The position numbers and the translations under genes are program-made. From a virus (Duplodnaviria > Caudoviricetes), in the IMG/VR virus record IMGVR_UViG_3300030059_000924, positions 1 through 27,292 of that record: a DNA stretch of 27,292 nucleotides. One strand, written 5' to 3'. Numbering within the stretch: position 1 is the first letter of the stretch; every line of letters begins with the position of its first letter. The notes under the pieces were generated by a model. The model saw only the letters and a list, made by a program, of their open reading frames with translations. It had not been told where the DNA came from and did no database searches. Shown in pieces: positions 25,308 to 27,292 of the stretch.

Positions 25308-25343
25308 ATTAATATATATAAAGTAAACGGTTTTGTTTAAAGT

Positions 25344-25374
25344 AAAAAAGGGACAGCCGAAGCCACCCCTTTTT
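25344..25374 (-). terminator. Rho-independent terminator, probably bidirectional
   Basis: AAAAA-GGGGTGGC-TTCG-GCTGTCCC-TTTTTT with UUCG tetraloop, after the major tail gene. Confidence 0.9.
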
Positions 25375-25395
25375 CTTTTTTATATTTATATGTCG

Positions 25396-25947
25396 TTACG
25401 CTGCCGTAACAGTTGCATTAGTTACACTGTCTAGTGGGTAGTCAGCCACACCTAACGTTCCTGCTGTTGCAAGGAAAATAGGGTTTTGCTCACGTGCTGT
25501 AAAGTCAATGGTAAATCCGTTAAGGTCGCCATAAGCTACACCCGTTTGGATATTTCCACCCGTTACATTACACCCAAACTCTGCACCCAATAACCAGCAC
25601 TTTAGATTATTATCAAGAACCCAAATATTTGGTCTTCCTTGACAAAGTTCTTTAATGTCTGCAATATCCGTTACTGTCAACTTTTGAAAAGTACATGACA
25701 AAACTTGCTCGAAGAACGTAGTTCCACTTGCTGGGTCAGCCATGTAATTAACAACTAAGCTAGATAGCTCTGGACGTAGTTCAAACTCAAAAAAAGTTTG
25801 TGCTGTTATTGCCGTAACTGTATTAGCGGTTTCAGCCCAACCTGCTTGACTAACCATATCTTTATAGTTACCAATATAGATAGCCTTAATACCTCCTAAA
25901 CTGTCTTTACAATCTACTATTCTACCGCCGTCAATTTCACAAGCCAT
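25396..25947 (-). CDS. Major tail tube protein
   Basis: MACEI..GR..DCKDSLGGIKAIY, GTTFFEQ, TGVAYGDLNGFTIDFTARE; follows capsid gene and ends at strong terminator. Confidence 0.75.
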   Translation of the reverse strand: MACEIDGGRIVDCKDSLGGIKAIYIGNYKDMVSQAGWAETANTVTAITAQTFFEFELRPELSSLVVNYMADPASGTTFFEQVLSCTFQKLTVTDIADIKELCQGRPNIWVLDNNLKCWLLGAEFGCNVTGGNIQTGVAYGDLNGFTIDFTAREQNPIFLATAGTLGVADYPLDSVTNATVTAA

Positions 25948-25972
25948 GATTTTTTCAATTTAAAGGGTTAAA

Positions 25973-27040
25973 CTATGAGGCAGTAAAAATTGCTGCGTAA
26001 GCACCTACAACAACGTCTGTTGGAATAGCTACTTGCATACCCAAACCGAAACGCATTGCGATTTTTACTTGGTCTGAACCATCAAATTGCCATGCGTCAA
26101 TATATTGAGCTGTCGTATAATCTGTCATAAGGTTAGAACCTACAACTAGGTTTTCTTCGTATGTCAATACAAGTGCATCGTTAAACATACCGGGACAAAC
26201 GTGAATTGGAACACCTAAGTATTGCAATGTGTCAAACGCTTGGTTAGTAGACTGTAAGTTTACACCTTGAGAATCACCAGCATTAGCCATAGCGTGCATA
26301 TAAGTTCCTGCTGTTTTAGGTGAACAATAAAAAGCTATATCTGTACGGTTTAAAATAGCTGGGCAACTTGCAAGAGCCTTTTGGTAAACTAGGTTAAAAG
26401 CACCCGTAGCATCGAGAATTAAACCAGTTTCGAATCCTAAATTTGTAACAACTTGCTCGTTAGTTACTGGTGTTGCATCTACACCGCTTGCATTTAAAAT
26501 AGAACCTCGGTAGCCAGCGTTATTAAATACACCATCGTTAGATAGGAAGCCTTGTGGTAAAGTTGTATCGATACCCTGCCAAATTCCTACCTCTACACCT
26601 TGTGCTGTATATCCAGCAACGGTAGCCATAGAGAAGTTTACAAACTCTGGTGACCCTGCGGTCATAGTTTCACGTGCGCCCGTCATACCTGCCCATGTAG
26701 GTAAAAGTGTCTTACGACATAATGCCTCCATTACAGCTAAATCTGTTAGCTCAAGAACTCTTTCACCTAATACTAAAGAATTGGTGTCGTCCCAATCACA
26801 ATTTGCTGCTACAATAGTTCCCGTTGAACTTAGACTAGAAATTACTGCTTTGCTTTGGATTCCGTCAATTTGACGAACAAAGCCTTTGTTTAAAGTTTCA
26901 GCGAGTTTTAAAGCTGGTGCAACAAAAGGGGCTGCTAGAACTCCTGCGTATGTTGTGGCAGGGTTTACTGTTGGTCCTGCTCCGTCAGCAAATCTGCGAC
27001 GAACCGAACGGTTTGTTAGTTTTGGAAGATTGTTATACAT
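25973..27040 (-). CDS. Major capsid protein (HK97 fold)
   Basis: 355 aa after scaffold; TTYAG, LGERVL, IWQG, YLGVPIHVCPGM, MRFGLGMQ. Confidence 0.85.
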   Translation of the reverse strand: MYNNLPKLTNRSVRRRFADGAGPTVNPATTYAGVLAAPFVAPALKLAETLNKGFVRQIDGIQSKAVISSLSSTGTIVAANCDWDDTNSLVLGERVLELTDLAVMEALCRKTLLPTWAGMTGARETMTAGSPEFVNFSMATVAGYTAQGVEVGIWQGIDTTLPQGFLSNDGVFNNAGYRGSILNASGVDATPVTNEQVVTNLGFETGLILDATGAFNLVYQKALASCPAILNRTDIAFYCSPKTAGTYMHAMANAGDSQGVNLQSTNQAFDTLQYLGVPIHVCPGMFNDALVLTYEENLVVGSNLMTDYTTAQYIDAWQFDGSDQVKIAMRFGLGMQVAIPTDVVVGAYAAIFTAS

Positions 27041-27292
27041 TATTTTCCGTAGTTATTTATCATGTCTAAAGCCTGCGAAGTAGACTTGCCTAGTGTCTTA
27101 GTTCCTACTTCAGCACTTGAAAAATTCTCTTGCTTCATGTTAGGGGCGTTTCTTAATCCAGAAGCAGCAGGTGATGCTCCTAGTTCTCTAAGTTGTTTAC
27201 GCAACTCAATATTCTGACGACGAAGACGACGTGTAGCTCTTTGCTCACGTACTTGTGTCATTTGTGTTTCACTCATCTCTCTACGTGCTGGA
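27040..27292 (-). CDS. Putative scaffolding protein, C-terminal part (joins 1..479)
   Basis: In frame with the ORF starting at 479 through the terminal repeat; TAATG coupling to capsid gene. Confidence 0.75.
   Translation of the reverse strand, partial: PARREMSETQMTQVREQRATRRLRRQNIELRKQLRELGASPAASGLRNAPNMKQENFSSAEVGTKTLGKSTSQALDMINNYGK
27113..27292. repeat. Terminal direct repeat, right copy (imperfect)
   Basis: 174/180 identical to 1-180. Confidence 0.95.

Noticed and set aside
280-27083. Plus-strand ORFs in the supplied track (e.g. 280..531, 1684..2064, 5719..5997, 21760..22155, 23215..23625)
   Set aside because: All are antisense shadows of well-supported minus-strand genes, mostly S/L/F-rich and with alternative starts
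1-27292. Stop-codon reassignment explaining the many short ORFs
   Set aside because: Core genes are intact in the standard code; array genes end mostly in TAA, often doubled
1-27292. Lysogeny module, tRNA or rRNA genes
   Set aside because: No integrase, ParA or CI-like repressor recognised; no cloverleaf or rRNA-like sequence seen

Overview
The window is an essentially complete, circularly permuted genome (unit length about 27,112 bp) of a small AT-rich siphovirus. The host is probably Bacteroidota/Flavobacteriia, inferred from TAnnTTTG-type promoters and A-rich starts without Shine-Dalgarno. Nearly all genes are on the minus strand. Order of transcription: early/replication genes (SSB-like, Cro-like HTH, lambda-O-like initiator with internal iterons, DNA methyltransferase, NinG-like nuclease, phage sigma factor), TerS/TerL, frameshifting tail chaperone, tail genes, tape measure, XkdF-like prohead protease, scaffold, major capsid, major tail, portal, connector, lysis. 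The main anomaly is a 3-kb array of nine small, very acidic ORFs plus one beta-rich protein, placed between the prohead protease and the scaffold. These genes are joined by repeated stop-spacer-start junctions and seven of the nine end in Tyr, which suggests a shuffled cassette of capsid-packaged (possibly anti-defence) cargo proteins. Other notable items are a candidate tandem sRNA locus, a lone antisense peptide gene sharing an 18-bp promoter motif with the early operon, apparent total absence of GATC, and contig ends that are two different alleles. All functional calls come from motif recognition by eye; no database search was run.
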